Positions 47,107-59,390 of a DNA stretch of 60,893 bases are shown here, one piece after another; the stretch's first letter is position 1; every line of letters begins with the position of its first letter. Source of the DNA: Craspedostauros australis (Eukaryota); contig JALAGF010000495.1 in assembly GCA_030167865.1 (NCBI GenBank), positions 1 to 60,893 on the forward strand, written 5' to 3'. The translations under genes were made by a program, and so were the position numbers. The notes below the pieces were generated by a model that was not told where the DNA came from, ran no database searches, and saw nothing but the letters and a program-made list of their open reading frames with translations.

Positions 47107-50100
47107 ATGAACAGCCTTGACACCACCGACTCCGACCGCGATGCCACCGTGATGGCAGCCAGCGATCCATTCGCTCCTCGCGAGGGAAAGACCCTGCTCT
47201 GGAGGGACATCAACATGGTGTTGGTGAGTTTCATTTACTAGCAATCGTATCCAATGCTCTGCTCTGCAAGGATTGGAGAATACTCTACGTGATCAATTAT
47301 ACTATATTATTCTTGGTGCCATTTCGTATCGCAGCTGCATTAATGCAATCCGTGATCAGCATGCAACGACCAACTTGCGATGCCTGCCATCATCATGCAC
47401 AGGCAACTTTTCTTCATCTGCGAGTATTCTTCCACCATACAAATGCTGACAACACTTTCGCCCGTCATGTTACACTCGATTTCGTTCTATTCAAATCTAT
47501 TCTACTCTATCTTCATTCCAACTCGCAGAAGGCGAAGGGCGACAGCCCAGAACGAAAGCTCCTTCAGTCTGTGTGGGGCGAAGTCCCGCAGAAGCAAACG
47601 ACCGCGATCATGGGACCATCAGGTATGTACTCGTAGGTCTGCAGCCTTGGTTGTTCAGTGGTCGTTGCTCGGCAGTATTGTCGCCTACAACACTGTGCAC
47701 TCCATGCAAAAATGCGCAATCACTTGTTTGTCAACTGCACTCAAACACTAACACACAACTACATTGCTCTCGATCCATATCTATATGATAATCATACTCA
47801 TACTCATACTTTACTTGCATTTGCTTTACAGGAGCGGGGAAGACATCCCTCCTTAACATCCTGGCTGGACGCGCATCGTCCGGGGGCCGCCTTGACATCG
47901 ACTACGACATCCGTTTCAACAACTACAACGTCGATCCAACCAACATCGACATCCGCAAGCAAATCGCCTTCGTGGCGCAGGATGATTCGCTCCAGGTCAC
48001 GTCCACACCACGTGAAGCGATCTACTTCTCCGCCAAGCTTCGCTTGCCAAAGTTCACACCGGAGACGACCCTTGAACAGCTCGTGAACCGAATGCTCGAG
48101 GAACTCGGTAAGGTCTTGCTTTGTCGTGCTGTCTCTTGCTACAATTGCCTCTCCCACCATGAAAATATCGATGGATTCATTCATATTATTCGTACTAACA
48201 TTCATATGCACGCCTGCTCCTTCTCTCCCCATGCCATCCACCACACTCTCCGATATCTTCACAACTTGACAATGCTCACACACAACACTCTGCGATTCTA
48301 TTATCATGATGCAGGCTTGAGCCGTTGTGCTGACACCATCGTGGGTGGAGCACTGATCAAGGGTATCTCCGGCGGCGAGCGCAAGAGAACATCTGGTAAG
48401 TTCAGTGCTGGAATGGCGGCGAATGATCCCTACAGGTCAACAAACAACACCGCCGTTGGCAAGAAAACGAGAAATGATGATTGCTCCCAGATTTGCTTCG
48501 GCGTGCTTTTTGCTGCCGTGCGGTTCTTCATCGATGCTCTGTTTCTCATTCTTCCCTGTCCAAATATCATATCCTCATCACCAATACTACACTCCCACCG
48601 CACCATCACCATCACCACCGCCAACAACAGTCGGCGTGGAGCTCGTCGTCAGACCAGCCATCGTGTGCCTCGATGAGCCAACGTCTGGTCTCGACAGTTT
48701 CTCCGCCGTCCAGCTTTGCCAAGTCCTCAAGAAGGTCGCCAATGCCGGATCGTCCGTCCTCTTCACCATCCACCAGCCTTCCAGCGAGATCTTCAACTCA
48801 TTCGACCGTCTCATCCTGTTGAACCGAGGACGTGTGATGTACCAAGGCCTCATCGAAGACATTCCGGCCTATTTTGAGGAGCGTGGGCAGCCAGTTCCAC
48901 CGTTGTACAATCCATCCGATCATATCATGAACGTCGCGCAGAGCGTTGATATTGACGAGCTGGACAAGGCCAACTTCTTCCCAAAGGACGAACGAAGCCT
49001 GCCCGATGCATTCACTGGCCGAGAGGAAGGCAAGGATGCGTTGGGCATCACCCTCACCGAGCATCATGCAGCTCCGGGCTTCGATTCGTCCCCACCAGGC
49101 ATGGGAACGCAGCTATCTATGCTTTTCGGCCGCGAGCTCAAAAACCTCAAGCGCGACGTCGGATCGTTGATCGCACGATACGGAATGGCAATCTTTTTGA
49201 GTGTTCTCGTTGGAACCATCTTCTTGGACGTCGGCGAATCCGATTCCTCCAGTGGCGATGTAAGTGTGTGGAGACGATTCTGATGCTTCAGGACAGCCAC
49301 TTCGATTGGAGGTCCACGCGTCATATCAGAGATGGGTACTGGCCAAGGACCCTTGGCCGACGTGGAATGGGGCCCACCGCAGCATCAGTGCCGCCATGAG
49401 CGCGATGTGGATTTCCTTACTGACACTCACCGTTCACTTTGCGACTTATCTTTTTCGTTTTGGGCATGTTTTTACTGAAACCCTTGGCTCGTGATTCCTA
49501 CAGAACTTGAACAGCCACTTCGGTGCGCTCGTCATGGTCCTTCTGATGAGCATGTTCGGCACTGCTCAACAAGCCCTCTTGGCATTCCCCGAGGAGCGCC
49601 CAGTCTTCTTGGTAAGTGAACGATGGCTTGACGATTCGGGCTGATCCATTGCTTTGTACTCGGACAGAACCGCAGCTTGTTCATCGAACCTTCGAACCTG
49701 CCGTCCATGCCGTCCATGCCCTCTGTGAGCCCAACCATCCCTACAACACTGGGCCGTACTCACCGATGCCACTTCGTAACCATCCCTCCTCACAACACAA
49801 CAGCGCGAGTATTCGACCAATCATTACTCTGTCGTTGCGTACTTCGCATCCCGTTTGACGATGGAGACAATCACCACGGGTCTCCAGGTGCTGATCCAAG
49901 TTCTGGTGACGTATTTCATGATCGGTTTGCAGGCCCGATTCTTCGCCCTCTTCGGCCTCGTGTACATGCTCGCCATGGCATCCACTGCCATGGCTGTCAT
50001 GTTGGGATGCAGCGTCGAGGAGCCCAAGCTGGCCCAGGAGATGCTTCCAATACTCTTCATCCCCCAGATGCTCTTCGCTGGGTTCTTCGTGCGCCCCAGC

Positions 50101-50358
50101 CTCATCCCAAGCTGGCTGCGTTGGGCACGCTACCTCTGCAGCTTGACATACGCTATCCGCATCTCCCTCGTGGAAGAATTCACTGATGGATGCAGGGGCG
50201 GAGAGAGCGCGGAGATTAACTGCGCGGAGCTTTTGGAAAGCCTTGACGCCGAAGAAGACGAGACCTGGTGGAATTGGATCGTCCTCGCCTCAATCTTCCT
50301 CGTCTTCCGTCTCATCGCACTCGTGATCTTGAAGCGCAAGGCCACAAAGTTCCTATAG
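47107..50358 (+). CDS. ABCG (White/Brown-type) half-transporter, copy 1 (7 exons, ~619 aa)
   Basis: Exons 47107-47223, 47529-47622, 47832-48107, 48315-48395, 48631-49259, 49504-49611 and 49804-50358. Walker A GPSGAGKT, signature ISGGERKR, Walker B CLDEPTSGLDS, H-loop TIHQP, ERPVFLREY and a C-terminal TMD. Confidence 0.93.
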
Positions 50359-51064
50359 AGAGCAAGAAACTACAGAACCACATGGTGCAATCCATCGTCC
50401 GTGATGGTTTCGTCGATGACCGTCACGTGACGCCGTTCTCTTATGAGTACGGCAGGAGCGCAGCATTCGCAATGAACTATTATACATCAACGGCCAACTG
50501 GCGATGGATTTCACTCTCCAGTCAGAAGGCAGGCCAGCTTCGACCGTACGAACATACCACAAGACCGCCTCACATTAACATACTATTCTCACAAATATAA
50601 TTGTACTAATGCAGTGGAGCACGATCCAGTGTTGATCATGCATCCCGTGTTATCTCTCTTCTCGCTGTGTGCTCTCGTGTTCCCTTGCCATCCATTGTGT
50701 CTGTCTGTCTGTCTGTCTGTCTGTCCATACGTTTAGCATTGTCTGTCTGCGTGTTTGTTGGTTGCGGTCAAACTGAATGGACCATTTGAAGACCCAACAG
50801 CCACAATAACGGACGCTGCGGACATCGCCAGGACGTCCAACTTGAACTAACTTCGGACTTTGTCATTGCAACGGAGCATGTAGAATGAGACGGGTTGCAA
50901 CAGCAGAGGCATGATGTGGCTCTGCCGACAGGCTATCGAGCTGATTGTTGCTTTGAGAGTTTGTTCTTTTTTGGATGTATTGTCGAGCAGAGCAGACCGG
51001 CGTGGAGCAGAATGGGTTCTGCGCAGCAGACACGATTGTGGCGTCAGTGCGCGGAACAATACAC

Positions 51065-53131
51065 TCACCACCAGCCCAACGAAAATTCAACTTCATCGGT
51101 GCCTGCCCCCGCATCGGGCTTGGCACTGGCACTGGTATCAACATTGCCACGGTCGGCAGCATCAGGAGGAGACGAGGAAGAAGAAGCACCCTCTGCGCTT
51201 CTATACCCCATGTGATTCACGCCGTGCTGCCGTAGGAACTTGTAGAGACCATGATCGATCAAATCCGTTCGGATGGGCTCATCTCTCGCTCGCGTTGAAG
51301 TGCCCTTGGATCTTTTCTTCTTTTGCTGCTGCTGCTGCTGAGTTGCGACCTCGAGCGACGTGTGAAGGAACTTGGGCGTGTCCCAATAGTTTGCCAATAG
51401 CTGGAAGAAATGGTTCTGCTTTGCCTCATTCATGGAATCTGATATCCACAATGACCGGCGAGAGGATTTCTTGGGACCAGATTGCTTTTTGTTGATGGCT
51501 TGAGTTGCTCTCTGGCTCGGGCGCTGGTAGCGTTGCTGCTGCTTATCATTTCGCTTTGGATTGCCGACACTCATGTTGACCAAAGCAGGGTCCTTGCGGT
51601 GCCCGTTGATGGCTGGTGGGTGTAGACAGTTGGACTTGGCGTACGTGCATTTCTCGGGCGAATCATCCATGAGAAGCGTGTTGTTGACGTTCCACAGCGG
51701 GAATTCCTTCCACACTTTGGAAAGGATCTTCTGGTGCACGACTCCGGCTGCCTCTGCGTCGGCAGCTTGCTGTTCCAATTTGAACTGCGCCCGTCTACTC
51801 AGCTTGGCTTTGGCTGTGGCGGCGACAGGGGCGCCTTCGTCCACAGACTTTGCACCATCCAATTCGGTGCCAGCCTTCTTGACCTTCTCACATTTTTCCT
51901 GGGACCATGCAAAGAGGAACCGATGGCTGATCTCATCTGGGATGAGCATCTTCCTGAGCGCTATCTTTGTGTTTGGCATAGCGGACGTCCAGAGGGCTAA
52001 GCAGAAATGCTGATCTAGGAACTCGAGAAACTGCACAAGGTCTGTTCTGGGGATTACCGGGGTGGTTGCGGTGACCCCGATGCATCGTCGAAAGTTCATC
52101 CTTTGGTCTTCGGCCTCTTTGCATTGTCTCCTCCTGTGACAGAGAATACCGTTGAGATCGAGGATCAAGAGGGGCTTGACAGATATATGGATTGACGGGG
52201 CAGATTGTATCGGCGGTGCGCTGTTCCTTCGATTGCTATTGCCGTCGATCTTGCTGTGCGTCTTGAGTGCGTCGTTGCCCGCGCTGCTACTCCTACTTTT
52301 GCTGCTACTATCTGTTTGCACAACCCGTATATTGGCGAAAGTCGATGGGTTGTAGTCTTCCAGATCACCGGTGGTTGTACGAACGCAAACAGATTGGAGA
52401 GCAGTGCGATTGGTGGCCTCCAATCCAGCGTGAACACAGACCGCCTGCGTGTGTTTGGAGGTCGTTATCCACTTGTGTACTTCTTTGATCTTGTTCATCT
52501 TCTGCTGCATGATGTCCTTCATCTTGGGATCGCCGTTCAGTGCATTGATGGTGTCCTCCTCCTCCTGCTTCTGCTTTTTACGCTGCTGCTTGAGTGTGCG
52601 TGACAGTCTTGGCTTCTTCTTCCGCTTCTCTGTTTTTCCATTGCCATGTCCATGTCCATTGCCGCCGCCATTCTCGTTTTCTCCACCTTCATCATTGCTG
52701 ATAGTACTAGCACCGCTGGCATGCGTGCTGCCGTTCGTGGATGAAGACCGTTTCAGTTTGCCGTGCTTCTGATTGGTGGCAGCAGATGTCGGCTTGGCGT
52801 CAGAGAAGTGCACGGTCGCATCATGGTGCGACTCAAACTGATTGTCGGTATCCTCCAATCTGTTTCCGCTCTCCGATCGGCACAGCTTGCGCGAACGGCC
52901 ATCGTTGGACAGCCGTCGTTTCGATGCGGCTTGGTGCGCAGGAGCAGGCCAATTGGTGGCATCCGCAGACGATTGTCGCTGCAAGGACCGTCCGGGCTTC
53001 AGAGTTGTTGCGGTTGCATTCGGATGCGGCAGCTGGGATGTCGACGATGATGGTGATTGGGGGCGTGACGAGCCTTGCCTCGCGTCGGGCATCAAGTCAT
53101 GATGAGACGCTGTGCGATTGAAGTCGCTCAT
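51065..53131 (-). CDS. FCP1/NIF-family HAD phosphatase-like protein with a long disordered N-terminus (~688 aa)
   Basis: LLILDLNGILCHR, PRTDLVQFLEFL...LALWTSA, FAWSQEKC, KILSKVW and NTLLMDDSPEK. The stop (TG/GTGAGT) overlaps a possible splice donor, so the 3' end may extend further. Confidence 0.82.
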   Translation of the reverse strand: MSDFNRTASHHDLMPDARQGSSRPQSPSSSTSQLPHPNATATTLKPGRSLQRQSSADATNWPAPAHQAASKRRLSNDGRSRKLCRSESGNRLEDTDNQFESHHDATVHFSDAKPTSAATNQKHGKLKRSSSTNGSTHASGASTISNDEGGENENGGGNGHGHGNGKTEKRKKKPRLSRTLKQQRKKQKQEEEDTINALNGDPKMKDIMQQKMNKIKEVHKWITTSKHTQAVCVHAGLEATNRTALQSVCVRTTTGDLEDYNPSTFANIRVVQTDSSSKSRSSSAGNDALKTHSKIDGNSNRRNSAPPIQSAPSIHISVKPLLILDLNGILCHRRRQCKEAEDQRMNFRRCIGVTATTPVIPRTDLVQFLEFLDQHFCLALWTSAMPNTKIALRKMLIPDEISHRFLFAWSQEKCEKVKKAGTELDGAKSVDEGAPVAATAKAKLSRRAQFKLEQQAADAEAAGVVHQKILSKVWKEFPLWNVNNTLLMDDSPEKCTYAKSNCLHPPAINGHRKDPALVNMSVGNPKRNDKQQQRYQRPSQRATQAINKKQSGPKKSSRRSLWISDSMNEAKQNHFFQLLANYWDTPKFLHTSLEVATQQQQQQKKKRSKGTSTRARDEPIRTDLIDHGLYKFLRQHGVNHMGYRSAEGASSSSSPPDAADRGNVDTSASAKPDAGAGTDEVEFSLGWW

Positions 53132-53754
53132 GCTTCATCTGCGTGCGCAACCGGTGGTCCTTTCTTTTGGACTGGTGCGAGGCAGAGGCGAGGTGGCGAA
53201 GCGTGTTGGAGGAGCTGGTATCCTCTGGTTCGAGCACAGGGTTGCCTTTGTGTCTTGAGCACAACAGTTGAGCGACCTTGGTGGCATCAAAGATGTGGCA
53301 CTTTCTCCGTCGGGCGTCACACGTTTGGAGCATCGAAATTGGTGGCGGTTGTTATCGTTTGGATCGGCGAAAATCAATATACCTTTTTCTATGGTATATA
53401 CATACACATAGTATCATTTTACAATAGTATACCATGTGCGGTACCGATACAATGTCAATCGCCCAACTACACAACCTTCGAAAGAACGTGAACGAAGAAC
53501 CGCGTCAGTCGCACTGTTTGAAACAAACAACCGCGAAAGTGTCAATTCTGCGAAGCTGTTTGATAGTCCTGGAAAGTCGTTCCAGTACCGACTGAGATCC
53601 ACGCTGTTCTTTATTCGTACAAACAGAGCATGCGGCTCCTCGATTGTTCATTGATATTCTGTCACGTCTGCGCCAGCAACCCCTGCGAACAGTTCTGAAG
53701 TAGAGTAATTTGCCAATACACACGTGCGCACATACCACACTTTCTTGGAACGCA

Positions 53755-53782
53755 TGTTAGTTAACAGGTGTTAGTTAACAGG
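53755..53782. promoter_or_regulatory. Tandem near-palindromic 14-mer (TGTTAGTTAACAGG x2) in the divergent intergenic region
   Basis: The repeat is directly visible and is followed by a partial third copy, TGTTAGTTAG. A regulatory role is inferred only from its position between the divergent NIF and ABCG copy 2 genes. Confidence 0.35.
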
Positions 53783-54503
53783 TGCTTGTTAGTTAGCTGA
53801 TGGTGGGTGGGGGCGGGGAGAGTAAAGCGAATGGCGACGAGGTGATCCGAATGTCCTCGGAATTGTGTGGGTGATGGTCCGTGACCATTCGGACCGCGAA
53901 TTCTTCCCTGTTCCACAGAAGTGTCACCGCGTCGTGGTTGGTGCCAATAGTTAGATTCTCGCGCCCAACCAACCTTTCTCCTCGCGCTTTGCTTGTCGCA
54001 GCGACACCAAAAACCGCCTCCAACTCCGTGGTTCGGTTGGGCAGGCGGTTCATCTTTCACGACAAGGAGTCACGGAACACAACAGAACAACCTGTCTTCA
54101 ACCAAAACGAGGCAGCGAGTTGATTGGCCTAGCTGGGTCACAAAGATACTTGTGTTCGAGGGACACAGCGGCGCACCCTCCAGATGCACAGATGTTCGCA
54201 TCCGAGGGCAAAAGATCCGCCCATCACGCTGTCACAGCGAAACCCAATTCCGGCGCGGAAGCAGACATCACCTCCACGCCCCACGACCACCAACAGATTC
54301 GCCATGACCCCCATCAACAACAAACGAAAACGGATCTGGCCTGGATGGAAAGAGAAAGGGTCATAAAATCATTTCCTGCTGTGGCTCAAGGCTCAACACC
54401 TCGTCCCACCCTCGAGGAACAGACCGCACACCCAAGCACGACAGAAGCAGCAGCAGCAACAGCAGCACAACCACCACCACCGCTCACACAACGTCAAGCA
54501 ACA

Positions 54504-57500
54504 ATGTCCGACTCAGAGGAACAAGCCGCCAAGGCAATCGCTGATGGCGAGGAGATCGTCTTCGAAGAAGCATCCAAGGCCGACGTCGAGAATCCAGACA
54601 CCTCCGGTCTCCCGCGCAAGGGCAGCATGCTGGCAACCAGCGCCGATCCCTTCGCTCCTCGCGAGGGAAAGACCCTCCTTTGGAAGGATGTCAACATGGT
54701 GTTGGTGAGTTTCACTTGCGGGCGATGCTCTATCCGATGATCACAACAGAAGTGCCTGTGTTCGATGCCTGTGTTCGATGCATGCGGCCCTTCGTCCACA
54801 TCGGACCCATCCGTACTGTCAGCGATCGGCCATGCTGTGCATCATCTTGAGATGGCTGCCATCATCTTCATCATCATCGTCATGGTCATCGTCGCTATGG
54901 TAAACGACGAAACCCCCTCTTGCTCTGCATTCTTTCCACAATTCCATGCCATTACGCTAACAATGCTTTGCCTCCACTTGCTTCACTCCGCTCAACTCCA
55001 CTCAAAATGCAAATGTGCATGCACACCACGCCACTGCGAACGTCGATGTGACTCATCGAATGCATTTGCGGAACGCAGAAGCCCAAGGGCGATGAACCAC
55101 AACGCGATCTTCTTGCTTCTGTGTGGGGTGAAGTCCCACAGAAGCAAACGACAGCCATCATGGGACCATCAGGTGAGTTAGCAACCGCCCGCTGTGCAAA
55201 CGATTGGCGATGCAGCATCACACGTGGTGCGGAAATGGCGAGACTGATTCTGCAGCCGCCGCCCAATACCAGTCGCTGCACCTTGTTGCGTGCCAATATT
55301 TCTCGGATTGCATGCACCCTCGTACTCACACGCTTGCGCATCCGCATCCGCACCCATGCCCATCAATACGTACTGATACCACACGCTCATTTTGTTTGAT
55401 ACAGGCGCCGGAAAATCCTCCCTCCTCAACATCCTGGCTGGCCGCGCATCGTCCAATGCCAACCTGGACATCACCTACGACATCCGTTTCAACAATTACA
55501 CCGTCGATCCAACCAACATCGACATCCGCAAGCAAATCGCCTTCGTGGCGCAGGATGATTCGCTCCAGGTTACGTCCACACCTCGTGAGGCGATCTACTT
55601 CTCTGCCAAGCTTCGCTTGCCGAAGTCTACTCCAGAGGAAACCCTCAAGAAGCTCGTCAACCGTATGATCGATGAGTTGGGTAAGTCCCTTGCCGTGCGG
55701 TGCCGTGCTGAACTGCAGTATGTGGAAATATGTTAGATCTCCAATGTCGCTCGATTTCTCGGATACTGCTGCCGCTGCAAAAGTGAGGTATCAGGTGTCC
55801 CTTCTTTCTCTCACACATACTCGTACGTACTCTCCCATCCGCACGCGTCACTCTCCTGTGCGTGATAATATCATGCCATCCACCACACTCTCCGATATCT
55901 TCACAACTTGACAATGCTCACACACAACACTCTGTGACGCCGTCATCCTTATGCAGGCTTGAGCCGTTGTGCTGACACCATCGTGGGTGGAGCACTGATC
56001 AAGGGCATCTCCGGCGGCGAGCGCAAGAGAACATCTGGTAAGTTCAGTGCTGGAATGGCGGCGAATGATCTCCACAGGTCAACAAACAACACCACCGTCA
56101 GCAAGAAACGAGACATGATGATTGACCTCAGATTTGCTTCGGCGTGCTTATTGCTGCCATGCAGGTCTTCATCGATACTCTGTTTCTCATCCTTCCCTCT
56201 CCAAATATCATATTCTCATCACCAATACTACACTCCCACCACACGACCATTATCACCACCATCACCACCGCCAACAACAGTCGGCGTGGAGCTCGTCGTC
56301 AGACCAGCCATCGTGTGCCTCGATGAGCCAACGTCCGGTCTCGACAGTTTCTCGGCCGTCCAGCTTTGCCAAGTCCTCAAGAAGGTCGCCAACGCCGGAT
56401 CGTCCGTCCTCTTCACCATCCATCAGCCTTCCAGCGAGATCTTCAACTCATTCGACCGTCTCATCCTGTTGAACCGAGGACGTGTGATGTACCAAGGCCT
56501 CATCGAAGACATCTCGCCATACTTCGAGGAGCGTGGGCAGCCAGTTCCACCGTTGTACAATCCATCCGATCACATCATGAACGTCGCGCAGAGCGTTGAG
56601 CTTGACGAGCTGAACAAGGCCAACTTCTTCCCGAAGGATGAACGAGACTTGCCAGATGCATTCACCGACCAAGAGGAAGGCAAGGATGCGTTGGGCATCA
56701 CCCTCACCGAGCATCATGCAGCTGCTGGCTTTGATTCCTCCCCACCAGGCATGGGAACACAGGTGACCATGCTTTTCGCTCGTGAGATCAACAACCTGCA
56801 GCGTGACGTGGCGTCGGTTGGTGCACGATTTGGACTGACCATCTTTTTGAGCATCTTGATTGGAATTATCTTCTTGGACGTCGGCGAGACCGACTCATCC
56901 GACAACGATGTAAGTTCTTGGATACCAGTGTGTGTTTGTCAATGGTGCTTGCACGAAAGTGCACTTGGATTGACTGCGCTGCAGGTCGTGTCGATGCTCT
57001 GTGCAGAGCAAGGCGTGGCGCCCTTCGGCGCGAAGCGACTGCAACTGCGCCGCCAATGTCACCATCAACCTCGGTATCCATACCATTACAACTATGACTT
57101 TTCATTGGCACTCACCGTTCACTTTGCGACTTATTTTTCGTTTTGGGCATACTTTTACTGCAACCCTCGGCTCGTGACTCCTACAGAACTTGAACAGCCA
57201 CTTCGGTGCGCTCGTCATGGTCTTGCTGATGAGCATGTTCGGTACTGCTCAGCCAGCCCTCTTGGCATTCCCAGAGGAACGCCCAGTCTTCTTGGTAAGT
57301 CCTGGCCCCGCCGAACTATTGGCATGTCTTGATCTGCAACCTCCTCGTCACTCTGCAAGTCTTGCGGCTGTGTCGTACCAAACAAGGGTATCAGTACGAT
57401 CAGCACCATCTGTGCTATCTGTGCAATTCCCATCGTGTTGCAACGATGCACTGTGTTCTGTTTGAATTGCTGCATGGCAATGAGTTGACGCCAAGCCCTT

Positions 57501-58195
57501 CGGCTGCACTTCCGTGATGAGCCTAATCACCAATCATACAACACCCACCATCCTAACCCGCTCCCAAATTGCCATTGCTGCACTATGGTACACAACTATG
57601 TGGCACTGTGCCCTCTCGTGAACCCAACTGGACAACGCAGCGCGAGTACTCCACGAACCATTACTCCGTCATTGCGTACTTTGCATCTCGATTGACGATG
57701 GAGGCATTCATCACGGCCTTGCAAGTTCTGGTCCAGGTGTTGATCTCGTACTTCATGATTGGTTTGCAGGCCAATTTCTTCCTCTTCTTCGTCCTTGTTT
57801 ACGTCTTGGCCATGGCGTCCACCGCGATGGCCGTCATGCTGGGGTGCGCCGTCGAAGACCCCAAGCTGGGCCAAGAGATGCTCCCATTGCTCTTCGTCCC
57901 ACAAATGCTGTTCGCCGGGTTCTTCGTGCGCCCAAGTCTCATTCCGAACTGGTTGCGCTGGGCACGGTACCTTTGCAGCTTGACGTACGCAGTCCGCATC
58001 GCCTTGGTGGAAGAATTCAGTTCGGATTGCAAGGGTGGAGCGAAGGCACAAGAAAACTGCGACCGACTGCTCAACAGCATCGAGGCAGACGACGATGAGA
58101 CCTGGTGGAACTGGCTCATCCTCGTCATAATCTTTGTCACTTTCCGATTCATGGCGCTTGGTATTTTGCAGCAGAAGGCCACGAAGTTCCTCTAA
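54504..58195 (+). CDS. ABCG half-transporter, copy 2 (7 exons, ~647 aa)
   Basis: Exons 54504-54704, 55079-55172, 55405-55680, 55957-56037, 56281-56909, 57187-57294 and 57641-58195. Exons 2-7 have exactly the same lengths as in copy 1 (94, 276, 81, 629, 108, 555 nt), with the same ABC motifs (GPSGAGKS). Confidence 0.93.
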
Positions 58196-58787
58196 GGCGC
58201 AGTGCATTTCGCTGTCGGCGACACTGTCGTTCAACATAAGTGAAGATATTGTGTAAAAATAAAGTCGCGCCCTTACGTATGAGTACAGTGTGAGTGCGAG
58301 CTATTCTATTACCTGTCACATGGCTTTTGAATACAACGAGCTATGCGACGTATCCGAAGGCATCGCGATGTTTGTGATGCACTCCGCATGACCTTGTTGA
58401 ATCGGCGAGTAGCTCGTATCAGCACATCAGCATCCAATCCGCTCTGCTCCAATCACCCATTTGGGTCTCAACCTTCCGGCGCATCATCGCCTCATGTCCA
58501 TGGCAAAACTAGGTACGGATGCACGTGCACATGTTCGTACTTGTATGACGGGACGACGCCGAAGAACATCCACGAAGTACGAGCCATGGTGCTGCCACGG
58601 CATCGAAGCATGATGCACAGAATAGTATTATACTCATATTGAATTGTACAGCGCTTGTTGTGCAGACCCCAGGCTTTGTTTGGTTGATCCATTCGTTGGA
58701 TTTTGTCCATTCCTTCATTCTGTCACGCGCACACGTACGCACACTCACGCACGCATTCTACACAGCGAGCTCATGCGATCCATTCCT

Positions 58788-59390
58788 TCATGCCTTCTTG
58801 TGTCGCTTCCTGGAATCGAACCCTGTGTACGTCTGCTTTGAGATCACCCCGACCTTGCCAGAAGAAGAGGAGTCACCCGTGGAGAAGATGCTCGTCTTCT
58901 TCGTCTTCTTCTTTGTGCTCCCCTTGCTCAGAAACGACTGCCACGTCTTCTGCTTGTGCGCGGACACGGCCTCCTTCTTCTTGGCGCGGAATTTGTCCTT
59001 CAGCACCTTGGCAGCACGCCTCTTCTTGTTGCGTTCTGCATCGGTGTCTGTCTCCAGCGGGATGAGATGCTCCGGTATCTGGAACTTTCCCTCGATCAGG
59101 GCCTTGTCCTTGCTCTTTTTGCGCTTCTTGCTTTCCTTCTTTGGCTCGGATTCGTCCTGCGCCGGAGTCTCCTCATGCGCTTCGTCTTTGGCGTCATCCG
59201 CGGTCTTGTCGTCGCTGGCGGCCGATCCGCCTTTCGTCAGCTGCAGCAGCTCCACGATGTCATTCTTGAGCGCGAGCAGAGACTCGTCCTCGGGCGTCAG
59301 CGCCAGCAACTGTTCGATGCCAGCCAGCTGCTCTTCGTACTCTGCGATCTGCTCCGGGCTTGTTTCGGTTGCTCCTTCTGATTCTGTCAT
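58788..59390 (-). CDS. SPF30/SMNDC1-like splicing factor lacking the Tudor domain (200 aa)
   Basis: The N-terminal helix pair EQIAEYEEQLAGIEQLLALTPEDESLLALKNDIVELLQLT and the C-terminal IPEHL..ETDTDAERNKKRR...KQKTWQSF...KKTSIFST...GKVGV match the recalled SPF30 termini. ATG at 59390. Confidence 0.75.
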   Translation of the reverse strand: MTESEGATETSPEQIAEYEEQLAGIEQLLALTPEDESLLALKNDIVELLQLTKGGSAASDDKTADDAKDEAHEETPAQDESEPKKESKKRKKSKDKALIEGKFQIPEHLIPLETDTDAERNKKRRAAKVLKDKFRAKKKEAVSAHKQKTWQSFLSKGSTKKKTKKTSIFSTGDSSSSGKVGVISKQTYTGFDSRKRHKKA

